A stretch of DNA of 64,000 bases, taken from Oscillospiraceae bacterium. GTDB lineage: Bacteria > Bacillota_I > Bacilli_A > RFN20 > CAG-288. Positions within the stretch are counted from its first letter, which is position 1. Each line of letters begins with the position of its first letter. The notes under the pieces are model-generated. The model did no database searches. It was not told the DNA's origin and saw only the letters and a program-made list of their open reading frames with translations. A program made the translations under genes and the position numbers. The stretch is taken from NCBI GenBank assembly GCA_963654365.1, contig CAVJZP010000003.1, positions 2,984 through 66,983 of the forward strand. Reading direction: 5' to 3'. Below, one piece after another: positions 38,270 to 47,956 of this stretch.

Positions 38270-40339
38270 TTAAGCAGTGTGAACAGGATTGATGATTGTC
38301 TTAGTTCCGTCGCTAAGAGAAATCGGGCAGCATTTGACTTTGTTGTTCCAATTGACCATGGCAACTTCCATAGTAATCTGCTTTCCGACAAACTCTTCTA
38401 AGAATTCGAATTGATCACTGTTACCGGAATAAAGAGAAAGTGAGGTGCTTCCTTCCTCAGCTGTCACCGCATCTTCGTTTTCGTAGAAAACTATCTGAGG
38501 ATATTGTGAATCGGTCTTATAAACATAAGCAGAAGTCTTATAGACCTTAGCCGTGTCTGCATCCGAATACTTGTTGACTAAATCGGTTATGCTCCTCTCA
38601 GTGAAGCTTGCAGTAGAATAGGTGTTTCCGGTGGAGATGATGCCACCGATTGTGCAGCCATCCAGAATAATCTGATGGTCTTTGAAATTCGCTCTCTTTC
38701 CGACAAGAACAACCTCATCACCATTATTGAGTGTGTTAAGGTCGTTAGAGTCTTTCAACAAACATGCAATAGCACCAGAATCATCGATAACATAAACACC
38801 AAACTTACCAATTGTCTTTGCAGCGACGACGCCGTGAACTCTGACTTCCGTATCAACTTCAGCATCAATGCCTTCCTTGACTGTGACAGAGCCATCTAAG
38901 GCATTCTCGTATGTGACGTTGATATACTTTGTAAGAGAGACATCACCATACTCTGCCTTGATGATAATCTGAGAAGCAGAATCAGAAACGGCTTTGACAT
39001 GGAAGTAGGTCTTTCCATCCTTCTCTTCAAAGTAAGCTAAATCCGTATTGGTAGAAGAATAACTGACCTTGACCTCACTCATATGGATGATATCAGAAGA
39101 ATAGGAAGTGACGACTTCAAGGTTCGGATCACCAGCATAGACAGCTGTGAACTGAGGGTATGCGATATAGTCCATGACGAACTTCGGTGCAAGATTCATA
39201 TCGAACTGATAGTCATCGATAGCAGAAACAGCAACCGGAACAAAACGGTAAATAGCACCGGAAGAGGTGGATTTGCAGTTGATCGGAGATACATAAAGGT
39301 CAACCAATTTTCCAACATAGTCTTCCAAATAGGAGAAATCAGAATTGTTGTTCGAAGTATAGACATAAGAACCCGTCTTATTGTCCAAGTCATCGATATA
39401 GTAATTCAGAACGGAATCCGACAACGACTTGTTGATGATAGCAGTGACATGATAGATATTGCCAGTGATGTTCTCGGTTTTGACATCCGTATCAAGAATT
39501 GCTTTGACTGTTGTATCCTGAATGCCAGCCTTAGAGAATTCATGCTGTCCTTTATCATTGGAGACCAAGGAAACATTGGAGACCTGAATCGCACCCTGAT
39601 AACCGATCTTTTCTGCAGCGGACGCTTCGCTGGAAGAGATATAATGATCGACTTCACCGATGACGGTGACTTCGTTTCCTTCCTTGACCTGAACAGCAGT
39701 AGCACCGCCATAAACGAAGGTAGAACCTGTCTCATCAACGATGAGGAAACCATTGTAGTTCATCTTCTGTGTATGTGTCTTCTTGACGACAACACCAGTG
39801 ATCTTGACCTTGGTGCCAACAGCAGAAGATCTCATATCAGCAATCGACATCTCGGTATATCCTGTTGTATCGACAGGGGCACGTTCTGCTTGTTCAATCT
39901 TCTGAATGGAAGATTTTCCAAGTTCTGCTTCACCCTTATATAACTTTAAAACACCTTTGACAGTGATAGTATCTCCGACAACCGGAACATAATCCATCTC
40001 ATCGAAATAGGTTGTAGTACCGTCTGCATTGAGCAGATAGCAGCCATAGACCGGAAGATCATTGGTTCCATCGGTCAATGTGAGCTGACCATAGTAATAG
40101 TTCGTAAAGGACTTGATCTGTCCGCGGACAGAATATTCCTTCTCCTCGCCAAGGGAAGCGATATCGATAGCGTCAGAGACACTGAGGACAACTTCCGGTA
40201 CTGTAGATTCAGAGGTGGCACCACTCTCTGTATCTGTAGTAGGAGCAGATGTTGAACTATCATTCGAACAGCCAACCGCCAAAAAAGAAACAACAGCTAA
40301 GGCAACTACACTCCATCGTCTAGACTTACGTGATTTCAT
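38270..40339 (-). CDS. Large lipoprotein with at least three OB-fold-like modules
   Basis: The lipobox is LAVGC. It has repeated modules of the form V.V.G.V......G..L.D.TG....Y........GD.VTV.G, which resemble the OB folds at the N-termini of extracellular nucleases. No nuclease motif was seen. Confidence 0.7.
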   Translation of the reverse strand: MKSRKSRRWSVVALAVVSFLAVGCSNDSSTSAPTTDTESGATSESTVPEVVLSVSDAIDIASLGEEKEYSVRGQIKSFTNYYYGQLTLTDGTNDLPVYGCYLLNADGTTTYFDEMDYVPVVGDTITVKGVLKLYKGEAELGKSSIQKIEQAERAPVDTTGYTEMSIADMRSSAVGTKVKITGVVVKKTHTQKMNYNGFLIVDETGSTFVYGGATAVQVKEGNEVTVIGEVDHYISSSEASAAEKIGYQGAIQVSNVSLVSNDKGQHEFSKAGIQDTTVKAILDTDVKTENITGNIYHVTAIINKSLSDSVLNYYIDDLDNKTGSYVYTSNNNSDFSYLEDYVGKLVDLYVSPINCKSTSSGAIYRFVPVAVSAIDDYQFDMNLAPKFVMDYIAYPQFTAVYAGDPNLEVVTSYSSDIIHMSEVKVSYSSTNTDLAYFEEKDGKTYFHVKAVSDSASQIIIKAEYGDVSLTKYINVTYENALDGSVTVKEGIDAEVDTEVRVHGVVAAKTIGKFGVYVIDDSGAIACLLKDSNDLNTLNNGDEVVLVGKRANFKDHQIILDGCTIGGIISTGNTYSTASFTERSITDLVNKYSDADTAKVYKTSAYVYKTDSQYPQIVFYENEDAVTAEEGSTSLSLYSGNSDQFEFLEEFVGKQITMEVAMVNWNNKVKCCPISLSDGTKTIINPVHTA

Positions 40340-40493
40340 GATGTAATCTCTCTTTCAATTAAGGATAGCAAAACAGAGATTGAAACTAAAGCAAGGCTTA
40401 AGGCACTGAAACCGCTTTCTTAAATAATTTAAGCAAATGACAAGTATACTGAACCCACCATTTCACATAAACAATAGAAAGTGGTTTTAGTAT

Positions 40494-41087
40494 CTATTCT
40501 TTCTTCCTGTTCTTCCTCTCCCATAGCGTCCACTCTAGTTTTTCACGGATGAAATCATTCCGAATATCTGAGATGTTCTCAGAAGCAAGATCGCTGACTG
40601 CAGATTCTAACAGAGACTTCGGTTTCTCTATTTTCTGAAAGACGAAGAAACGAAGTCCTTTGTCGATGAATCCATATCTTCCAAACAATTCGATCAAATC
40701 GATTTCGGCCTGGTAACAGGGAACTTTCTCCTTTCCATCCGATTTACAGAAACAGAGCGTATAGATATCATCCCTCTTGTTGTCATTGTCATACGTGTTT
40801 CTGAGCAATCCATGGATCAATAGAAAATCCTCTTTCATCTCTTCCTCATAATGATCGAGAAGACAGATTCCATAGATTCCTTTCTCTTTCCCAAAGGCGA
40901 CATAATCATAGGAGAATACCGTCTGTCCTTCCACTGCAATCAGTTTGTCCTTCACACACTTCATCAAGATAAGAGACTCATCGAAAAGAAATATCCTGAG
41001 TATCTCCTCGAGAAAGGAGATATCATCCAATGCTTCCTGAAATACTTTCACATCCCGAAACGTCTTTTCTTTTCTGTTAGCTGTCAT
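40494..41087 (-). CDS. Hypothetical protein (197 aa)
   Basis: The ORF is isolated and has its own flanks. Any resemblance to PD-(D/E)xK Rpn-like proteins is only vague, so no call is made. Confidence 0.5.
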   Translation of the reverse strand: MTANRKEKTFRDVKVFQEALDDISFLEEILRIFLFDESLILMKCVKDKLIAVEGQTVFSYDYVAFGKEKGIYGICLLDHYEEEMKEDFLLIHGLLRNTYDNDNKRDDIYTLCFCKSDGKEKVPCYQAEIDLIELFGRYGFIDKGLRFFVFQKIEKPKSLLESAVSDLASENISDIRNDFIREKLEWTLWERKNRKKE

Positions 41088-41140
41088 TTTGTGTCCTCAA
41101 AAAGATATATATCCGAGAAACAGAGAACGCAAAGTTTTCT

Positions 41141-41178
41141 AAAGAAACAAAAGCGGAAGCGGCAAGTGCCGCCTCCGC
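41141..41178 (-). terminator. Rho-independent terminator of the ABC operon
   Basis: GC-rich stem GCGGAGGCGGCA/TGCCGCTTCCGC followed by a T-run on the minus strand. Confidence 0.75.
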
Positions 41179-41191
41179 AATAACCATCTGT

Positions 41192-43582
41192 TTAGAGTGG
41201 TAAATCCTTCTTGGTGAATCTTCCCATACCGACAACATAGGTGACAATGGTGATGATGACAAGGCCCATCAGCTTCAGGCCATAGGTCAGCCAGTCCTTA
41301 TTCATGACAGCCATAGCATCGAAGAGAGAGTCGATAGTGCAATAGTTGAAGTAATTCATCGCCTCGATTCTTACCGTTCCCGGGATAGCAGGAGTACCGA
41401 ACAGACCAAGGATAGAGAAGATGAAGAAGGCAATCGTGATACCGCCACCGCAGGCAATGGCCTGAGAGGACTTGTTGAAGAAGCAAGAGGAGAAGAAGCA
41501 GATACCAGAGACAGCAAGGGTGACAAGGAAGTTGCCTAAGGCATAGAAGCAGATATCCTGTATCGGAAGCGATGTCAGTAAATCTGTACCGCCACAGGCT
41601 ACACCTAACATCTGAGTGATGATAGAGACAATAGCCAAAGTCGCACCCATGACAAGTTCGGTGAAGATGAGATAGCAGGCTTCGGTGAAGACGAAGGAGA
41701 TACGGCGGATAGGAGTGGAGAGAGTGAAGGCAAGAGAACCAGTCTCAACTTTGTTGGCAACAAGGCTGTTGGCCGTCATGATGGTATAGACCATCGGGAT
41801 AAGCAGAGCTGCGATACCAAAGCCGACAACACCGACCATAATGCCATAGGTGTTCATATCGCCCATCTCAGTAAGAGAATCGCTGACCTTGCCAGGGAGC
41901 TGACTCATGACGCCAGTGCTTCCTTTGACAGTAGCGACCATCAGGCAATCCATATCGGAATAGCCCTTGTTCTTGCAGGATGTGAGATAGCTCTTATAGG
42001 ATGCAATGCCGCTATCGACATATCCGCTGACAGTGTTCATCATCTCTTCACCGGACATGCTGTAGTTCTGCTTGGTGATCTCTTCGATAGAGGAGATCTT
42101 CACATCGTGGGATTCATTGTATTTCTCGATGAGCTGTTCTTCCGCCATCGTGGTGACAATATTGGAGACACGTTTAGAAAGGTTGGTTTCATTGATGGAC
42201 TTTCCGTCATAATAATCATTTGTATTGTTCTCATCGACTGTGAGGAAATCCTTCATGAAGGAAGCAAGCTCTCTCTGAACCATTTCCAGATTCTCATCCG
42301 CTTCTTTCTTCGCATCAGCAATCTCCTCATCGGTATAAGGAACACCAGTGATGACCTCCTTATGCATCTTCTCGAGCATATTGGCCTTAGCACCCATATC
42401 TCCTTTTACTTTCGTATAAACGCTAGGATTATAGGATTTGACTTCAATCGCTTCCATGATTTCGTTTCCGTTATCAGCATACTTGCCAGTGGAGACATAA
42501 CGGACTGGATATCCTCTGTCGCTGGTGACATATTCGACAGTGAAACTCGGAAGATACTGATAATAAGCGAATTCCTTTACCATGGACATGACATAATCCT
42601 GGATGGCAGTGGAAAGGACACCCTTTTCAATGCTGGAATCAGCCATGTAGGCATCCTGGTCTTCATTGTACTTGGCAAGGAGCAGATCAGTGGCATTATT
42701 GACAAAATCCGTCTGGATTCCTGTAGCGACCGTCTTCATGACTTTCAGAGAAGTCTCAAAGGAAACCTTGCTCTTGTCTTCGTTATTGTCAAAGACACGA
42801 TTGAAGGCATCCTGGTAGATTGTCTTAATTTCCGCTTTCTTCTCATCATCAAGAGATTGCTGTTCGCTGATGACATCAGTGATCGTAAGCGGAATCGCCT
42901 GCTTGAGAATCGTTTCCGTCGAAGCGCTCTTATCATTGGCATAGATATCAAAGTAGTAGGAGATAGCGGATAAGGCAACCTTCTTCTCGTCTTCTGTCTT
43001 AGAGCTATCGTTGTTCAGAATCGTCTGAACCGCAGTCATCGTCGTACTCTTTGCAGTCGCATTCTTCTCTTCCTCTGTGCCGGAAGAAAGACGATAGGTA
43101 GCATCATAGATCAACTTTGCAGATTTGATCTGATTCTGGGTATCCGAATCGCTGACCATACTGATAGCAGACTCCGTCGTTGTCACTAATGTATTTTTGG
43201 AATCCTCAAAGGTCAAGTAAGCATCGGCGGAATTGCTGAAGGAGGAATAGAAGGAGATAGCACCAGTCTTGATCGTGGTCTCGGTATCGGCATTGCTGAA
43301 TAGATCCTTTAAGGCGTCACTGGTCGAATTGATGTTCAAAGTAGAAAGGATGACGATGATGATGACCATGATCAGAGCGTTAGCGATGGATACGACGGTA
43401 AGGCCAACGCGGTTGGAACGTAAGGACTCTTTGAAAAGAGCCGGCGAGAAGATTCTCTTATGCTCTTTTCCGGACTTTGTCTGGCCGTTCAAGGACGGAG
43501 GCAAAGCCATTTCTATCTTCTTGTCTTCTTTCGGAAGTTCCACTCCATCAAGAAGCAAATCATCTCTAGTTAACATATTCAC
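41192..43582 (-). CDS. ABC-2 type permease with a very large (about 500 aa) extracytoplasmic domain
   Basis: It has an N-terminal TM helix, a long polar loop, then about 5-6 C-terminal TM helices. Its start overlaps the stop of the upstream ATPase gene. Confidence 0.75.
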   Translation of the reverse strand: MNMLTRDDLLLDGVELPKEDKKIEMALPPSLNGQTKSGKEHKRIFSPALFKESLRSNRVGLTVVSIANALIMVIIIVILSTLNINSTSDALKDLFSNADTETTIKTGAISFYSSFSNSADAYLTFEDSKNTLVTTTESAISMVSDSDTQNQIKSAKLIYDATYRLSSGTEEEKNATAKSTTMTAVQTILNNDSSKTEDEKKVALSAISYYFDIYANDKSASTETILKQAIPLTITDVISEQQSLDDEKKAEIKTIYQDAFNRVFDNNEDKSKVSFETSLKVMKTVATGIQTDFVNNATDLLLAKYNEDQDAYMADSSIEKGVLSTAIQDYVMSMVKEFAYYQYLPSFTVEYVTSDRGYPVRYVSTGKYADNGNEIMEAIEVKSYNPSVYTKVKGDMGAKANMLEKMHKEVITGVPYTDEEIADAKKEADENLEMVQRELASFMKDFLTVDENNTNDYYDGKSINETNLSKRVSNIVTTMAEEQLIEKYNESHDVKISSIEEITKQNYSMSGEEMMNTVSGYVDSGIASYKSYLTSCKNKGYSDMDCLMVATVKGSTGVMSQLPGKVSDSLTEMGDMNTYGIMVGVVGFGIAALLIPMVYTIMTANSLVANKVETGSLAFTLSTPIRRISFVFTEACYLIFTELVMGATLAIVSIITQMLGVACGGTDLLTSLPIQDICFYALGNFLVTLAVSGICFFSSCFFNKSSQAIACGGGITIAFFIFSILGLFGTPAIPGTVRIEAMNYFNYCTIDSLFDAMAVMNKDWLTYGLKLMGLVIITIVTYVVGMGRFTKKDLPL

Positions 43583-44502
43583 ACCCCTTTCTTGGACTTG
43601 CGGATATCATTGAAGTAATTCGCAAGATTGTATTTCACTTCGGATATGTATTTGACATCCATGTGGCTTAAGTCATCGAGAAGCAGGTCGACACATTTTC
43701 TGTCAGCTCTTATCGTGACCTGATTGTATTCTGGCTGAACACGAATGATGTCATCTCTTCCCTTTAGGAAATTGACGTACTGTTCTTCATTGTTGAATTC
43801 GATTTTGAAGTCGCGGAAGTAACGGTTCTTGATATCGTTGACATTGGCAATATCAATGATGTGGCCCTGTGAGATCAGAGCGACTCTGTCGCAGACGCGT
43901 TCCAACTCTTCAATCGTATTGGAGGAGATGAACATCGTAGCGCCTCTCTGTTTCTGCTCTTCGACAAGAGTGAGAAGCTCATCTCTCATCAGAGGATCAA
44001 GACCCGTTGTCGGCTCATCCATGATGAGGATTGGAGCTTTGAGCATGAAGGCGGAGACAATGGCTGTCTTCTGTTTCATACCTTTACTCATTCTCTTCGG
44101 ATACGCGCGGATATCTAACTGCATTCTCTTGATGATTTCATCTGCGTATTCGAAGTTGTCTTTCTTCATTCCGAGGCTTTCACCATAGGAATGAAGAAAT
44201 TCCGTACCAGACTTCACATCCGGGAAATTGATCTCACCAGGGATATAGCCGATGTACTGTTTTGTATGGGCGCTATCTTTATAGGCATCCATGTTATAGA
44301 TGTTGATATGGCCCTTGTCCGGCTTGATGAATCCCATCATCTGACGGATCAGTGTTGTCTTTCCAGCACCGTTCTCTCCGACGATTCCCATCGTCTCACC
44401 CTGTTTGATGTTCAGAGTGATATCGAAGTCTCCTCTTCCCTGACCATAGTCTTTTGTGATGTGGTCAATGTAGATGACTGTCTTATCTTTGTCGATCATC
44501 AT
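43579..44502 (-). CDS. ABC transporter ATP-binding protein (second ATPase)
   Basis: It has Walker A (GENGAGKTT), the signature MSKGMKQK and Walker B (ILIMDEPTTGLD). Confidence 0.9.
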   Translation of the reverse strand: MMIDKDKTVIYIDHITKDYGQGRGDFDITLNIKQGETMGIVGENGAGKTTLIRQMMGFIKPDKGHINIYNMDAYKDSAHTKQYIGYIPGEINFPDVKSGTEFLHSYGESLGMKKDNFEYADEIIKRMQLDIRAYPKRMSKGMKQKTAIVSAFMLKAPILIMDEPTTGLDPLMRDELLTLVEEQKQRGATMFISSNTIEELERVCDRVALISQGHIIDIANVNDIKNRYFRDFKIEFNNEEQYVNFLKGRDDIIRVQPEYNQVTIRADRKCVDLLLDDLSHMDVKYISEVKYNLANYFNDIRKSKKGV

Positions 44503-45422
44503 TTGATTCCTCCATATTCTCTGTCTTCCTTATAGAAGGACATAAAGTAATCTTCCAACGTCTCTTTCTTCTCGGAGAAGTCTGTGAAGTCCTTCGGAAG
44601 AAGAGATAAGAAGTCATGAAGCTTCTCTTCGGAGACATGGATTGTGATACGCTTCTCATCGACCGTAGAATCATCGACCTGGTATCCGTTCTCTATAAAG
44701 AGATTCTTCACTTCGTTCTTTCTGTCTACATTCGGATAGGTGACATGATAGGTCTTGATCGTCTTATGCTTCAAATCGTTAGCGACAAAGAGGGAAACAA
44801 TCTTTCCGTCCTTGATGACGGCGATTCTGTCGCAGCAGGCATCGACCTCGGAGAAGATATGAGAGGAGAGAAGAATGGTCTTGCCTCTCTGTTTCTCCAA
44901 ACGGATCAGTTCAACGAACTTCTCCTGCATCTCCGGATCCAAGCCAGAGGAAGGCTCATCCATGATGATGACATCCGGATCATTCATGAAGGCACAGACG
45001 ATTGCCATCTTTCTCTTCATGCCTAATGACATCTCCTTGCACAATAAGGAATCGTCCAGTTCGAAGGTCTCTTTCAGCCAATCGAGGAAGGTTCTGTCTG
45101 TCACACCCTTGAGCTTCATCTGCTCTTCAATGACTTCTTTTCCTTTTAGATTCTCAGGAAGTGCAATCTCACCAGGGATATAGGAGACACCCTGCATGAT
45201 GACATCTCTTTCCTTTAAGGAATTGACACCTTTGATCAATGTCTCTCCGTTGTCCGGAACAGAGAATCCCATAAGATGACGGATGGTCGTAGATTTTCCG
45301 GCACCATTCGGGCCTAAGAATCCGAAGACCTCTCCTTTGTCGACATAGAAGGAAACATCAAAGACACCACGTCCTTGCCCATAGTCTTTTGTTAGATTTT
45401 TAATTTCAATGACATGTTCCAT
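44499..45422 (-). CDS. ABC transporter ATP-binding protein (first ATPase)
   Basis: It has Walker A (GPNGAGKST), the signature MSLGMKRK and Walker B (VIIMDEPSSGLD). The start is at MEHVIEI, after GGAGG. Confidence 0.9.
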   Translation of the reverse strand: MEHVIEIKNLTKDYGQGRGVFDVSFYVDKGEVFGFLGPNGAGKSTTIRHLMGFSVPDNGETLIKGVNSLKERDVIMQGVSYIPGEIALPENLKGKEVIEEQMKLKGVTDRTFLDWLKETFELDDSLLCKEMSLGMKRKMAIVCAFMNDPDVIIMDEPSSGLDPEMQEKFVELIRLEKQRGKTILLSSHIFSEVDACCDRIAVIKDGKIVSLFVANDLKHKTIKTYHVTYPNVDRKNEVKNLFIENGYQVDDSTVDEKRITIHVSEEKLHDFLSLLPKDFTDFSEKKETLEDYFMSFYKEDREYGGIK

Positions 45423-45442
45423 TGTGAATTTTCCTCCATTCA

Positions 45443-45469
45443 AGTTATTGGTACACTTGCCCAATAACT
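45443..45469. promoter_or_regulatory. Candidate TetR operator in the divergent promoter region
   Basis: Perfect 9-bp inverted repeat AGTTATTGG-9 nt-CCAATAACT between the ABC operon start and the tetR-like gene. Confidence 0.5.
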
Positions 45470-45566
45470 CAACGCATGTTATAATAAATGTGCTTGAGTT
45501 AAATATCAAGAGAAAAGTTCAATATTTTTTCAAACAATTACAAATTGGAAGGAAAGGTTAAACAAA

Positions 45567-46163
45567 ATGTCATCTACTGTTGAAAGTTTACAAAAAGAAG
45601 ACGCGCGAATCGTCCGTACCAAAAGAGATTTGGCAAATGCATTAGAGGAATTATTGCAGGAGAGAAACTACGATGAGCTCTCTGTGAAGGACATCACAGA
45701 CAAAGCGATGATCTCCAAAAACACATTCTATAATAACTTTCAGGACAAGAATGAGCTCTTGAATTTCCTCTTCACCCGTTACCGCACAGAGCTGATGAAG
45801 AGGATTCAGCCTTATCTTGATCATTATGTCCACGCACTGAAGAAGATTTTCTTCCGCACCTGCTTAGAGAAGATGATTCACGCCTTTTATGAAAGCAATC
45901 TCCCTATCGACAAGATGATCAAAGCAGATCAGTCCAAGAGCCTTTACTGGAACATAACCAAGTTCATCAAGGATGCCTTAGAGGAACTGGATAAGAAGTA
46001 TGATCACTTCCTCACCTCCCGCGCTGACCCGAAGATCTCCGCCTATTACTTTGCCGGCGCCTTTGCTTCTACTCTGTACTTCAATGTTCTCGAGAACGAA
46101 AATGTCACAGAAGAGCAGATATTCAAATCCCTGCTTCGACTTGCTGCCCCGGTTGCTGAATAA
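45567..46163 (+). CDS. TetR/AcrR family transcriptional regulator
   Basis: It has an N-terminal HTH (RTKRDLANALEELLQERNYDELSVKDITDKAMISKNTFYNNF). It is divergent from the ABC operon. Confidence 0.85.
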   Translation: MSSTVESLQKEDARIVRTKRDLANALEELLQERNYDELSVKDITDKAMISKNTFYNNFQDKNELLNFLFTRYRTELMKRIQPYLDHYVHALKKIFFRTCLEKMIHAFYESNLPIDKMIKADQSKSLYWNITKFIKDALEELDKKYDHFLTSRADPKISAYYFAGAFASTLYFNVLENENVTEEQIFKSLLRLAAPVAE

Positions 46164-46303
46164 TAACAGGGATAAATAGGTTTCCTATTTAGCCTATATA
46201 TAAATATAGATACATAGAATCGTCATCAACGAAAAAGGATTTAATCCTCAGAAAGATACGTCTCCTGTTGATTAAATCCTTCGTGGATGACTATTTTTTC
46301 TTA

Positions 46304-47578
46304 TCAGAGATAACTGATGCTAGAGGTAGAACCACAGTACGTCTTAGATGTATCCCAGTCCTGAGAAGACAGTTTTACCTTCACCGTTGCACCATTGGCC
46401 CCTGTCTTTCCCCACTGGTTCGTCGCTTCTGCCAACATGAGATAATCGGAGGAAGAAGCCTGAGTGAATGTATTGCCTGTCAAAGTGACAACAGCGGAAA
46501 TATTCGTCAGATAGAACATCGGAACACTACTAGTCGTGACTTCAAAAGTACAGTTCGATGCAGTGAAATAGTCCGTGCCTTCACTCGAATCACCTGAGAA
46601 GGACTGATAGATGAAGATTCCGCCAGCATCGATAGTGTGGGTTGAAGAATTGCTGTCGCTAGTTCCGGTTCTGTTTCCAGAGCCTGTGCAACTGAATCTG
46701 CAATCAGATAACGTAGCGCTAGAACCGCCTTCTACAACGACCATCTGAGCTTTATTGGCAACGCCATTAGAAGAAGTGACTGTAATTGAATCCGTAGAAT
46801 AGACCAAAGGAGAGCCATTGGAGTTCGTCTCCAATGTCATATTGCTGGCAACGATTGTTCCGCCGCCTCTGTCATTGGCTAAGGATGCACAGGACGCCCC
46901 ATGTGTCTTGATGTCAACGCCATCAGCAGTGATAGATCCTCCATAGGTTGTATGAAGGCCTCTCGAACCTGCAGATCCCGTTGTCGTGATTGTGGAATTT
47001 AAGATATGGATGGTTCCGCTATTGGTTGCAACGACCGCATTGGAACCATTGCTGGAAGTACTGATATCCGCATACTGAATCGTAGCGCTGGAAGAGGAAC
47101 CAGAGACAACGATTCCCGAATTGATTCCATAGAAGTTATAGTCATCACTGACCTGTCCATTGCTTGCACCGCTTCCGGACTTTGAAATATTCACATAATC
47201 AGAACTGGTACCTGTGATATTCAATGTTCCTCCGTTGATTACAAGTAAAACAACCTGGTCAGAGGAATTCGATGCGCTAAGATATTCTCCGGATGTGATG
47301 TTCACAGTCACACCATCGATCAGGTAAGCCGCAGATATGGTCTTGCTCGTTGTCTGATTTCCATACTTGAAGGAGACAGACGAACTTCCGGACTTGATTT
47401 CATTTCCGGATGTGTCATACACCGTGTCCGAAGAAGTTGAGGAACCAGAGGATGAAGAACTAGAAGAACCGGATGAAGTGCCTGTTGTCGAACCAGTGTC
47501 CGCCTTACCGGAACAGGATACACAGAGCATCATCAGTACCGTAGTCAGAACGAATTTTTTTAAGTTTTTCATAAACAA
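46304..47578 (-). CDS. S/T/G-rich lipoprotein with beta-helix-like repeats
   Basis: It has a signal peptide with LCVSC and a poly-Ser linker. It then has repeats of the type VNITSG / LNITGTSS / IHILNSTITTTGS. An alternative start lies at 47572. Confidence 0.65.
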   Translation of the reverse strand: MFMKNLKKFVLTTVLMMLCVSCSGKADTGSTTGTSSGSSSSSSSGSSTSSDTVYDTSGNEIKSGSSSVSFKYGNQTTSKTISAAYLIDGVTVNITSGEYLSASNSSDQVVLLVINGGTLNITGTSSDYVNISKSGSGASNGQVSDDYNFYGINSGIVVSGSSSSATIQYADISTSSNGSNAVVATNSGTIHILNSTITTTGSAGSRGLHTTYGGSITADGVDIKTHGASCASLANDRGGGTIVASNMTLETNSNGSPLVYSTDSITVTSSNGVANKAQMVVVEGGSSATLSDCRFSCTGSGNRTGTSDSNSSTHTIDAGGIFIYQSFSGDSSEGTDYFTASNCTFEVTTSSVPMFYLTNISAVVTLTGNTFTQASSSDYLMLAEATNQWGKTGANGATVKVKLSSQDWDTSKTYCGSTSSISYL

Positions 47579-47722
47579 AACCTCCCTTTCATGATTCTAT
47601 TTTTAAAACACAAATCTAAAGAGCACCTTAAGTCTCCCAATTTTTTCTCGGTTACTGAAGGAAACAGGTTTCCGGTATCTAGCACGGATATGAGATATCA
47701 ACAGAGAAACGTGGGCCGATGA

Positions 47723-47812
47723 TTGCGCTTTTTTGATGATTCGTTAAAATTAATTTTGCGCTTTTTCGATATTTCGTAAGAAAAACGTTTGTGCTTTTTC
47801 CGAGAAGAACCC
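47723..47812. repeat. Three tandem direct repeats with a 33-bp period (TTGCGCTTTTT...TTCGTAA core)
   Basis: The repeats start near 47723, 47756 and 47789. Copies 1 and 2 match at about 20 of 24 positions and copy 3 is degenerate. Confidence 0.5.
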
Positions 47813-47879
47813 TTTTTAGGTATCATCTGCATACCAGCTTATATGACATTCTGTTTATAGAAAAAATCGGGCACAATAG

Positions 47880-47926
47880 AAAACCATATCATTCCCTGTC
47901 TAAAACAAAGAATATGATATGGTTTT
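47880..47926 (-). terminator. Hairpin terminator downstream of the 3-hydroxyacyl-CoA dehydrogenase gene (bidirectional-looking)
   Basis: A 13-bp stem AAAACCATATCAT...ATGATATGGTTTT with a 21-nt loop and T-rich tracts on both strands. Confidence 0.6.
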
Positions 47927-47956
47927 GTTTTTAAGCGCTAGTTCTAACCGAATCGA

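Noticed and set aside
39083-39943. Long antisense ORFs lie inside real genes. Examples are 39083..39943 (286 aa), 42107..42973 (288 aa), 10254..10841, 29682..30353, 6220..6777, 17808..18455, 59961..60536 and 50468..50971.
   Set aside because: They lie opposite or out of frame to well-supported genes. Their composition is low-complexity, rich in I/D/R/L/S. They lack Shine-Dalgarno sites. This is typical of shadow ORFs caused by the codon bias of the true frame.
40494-41087. The 197-aa orphan protein could be an Rpn/PD-(D/E)xK nuclease.
   Set aside because: There is only a vague pattern resemblance (D...LLDHYEEE). The catalytic motif cannot be aligned with confidence, so it is left as hypothetical.
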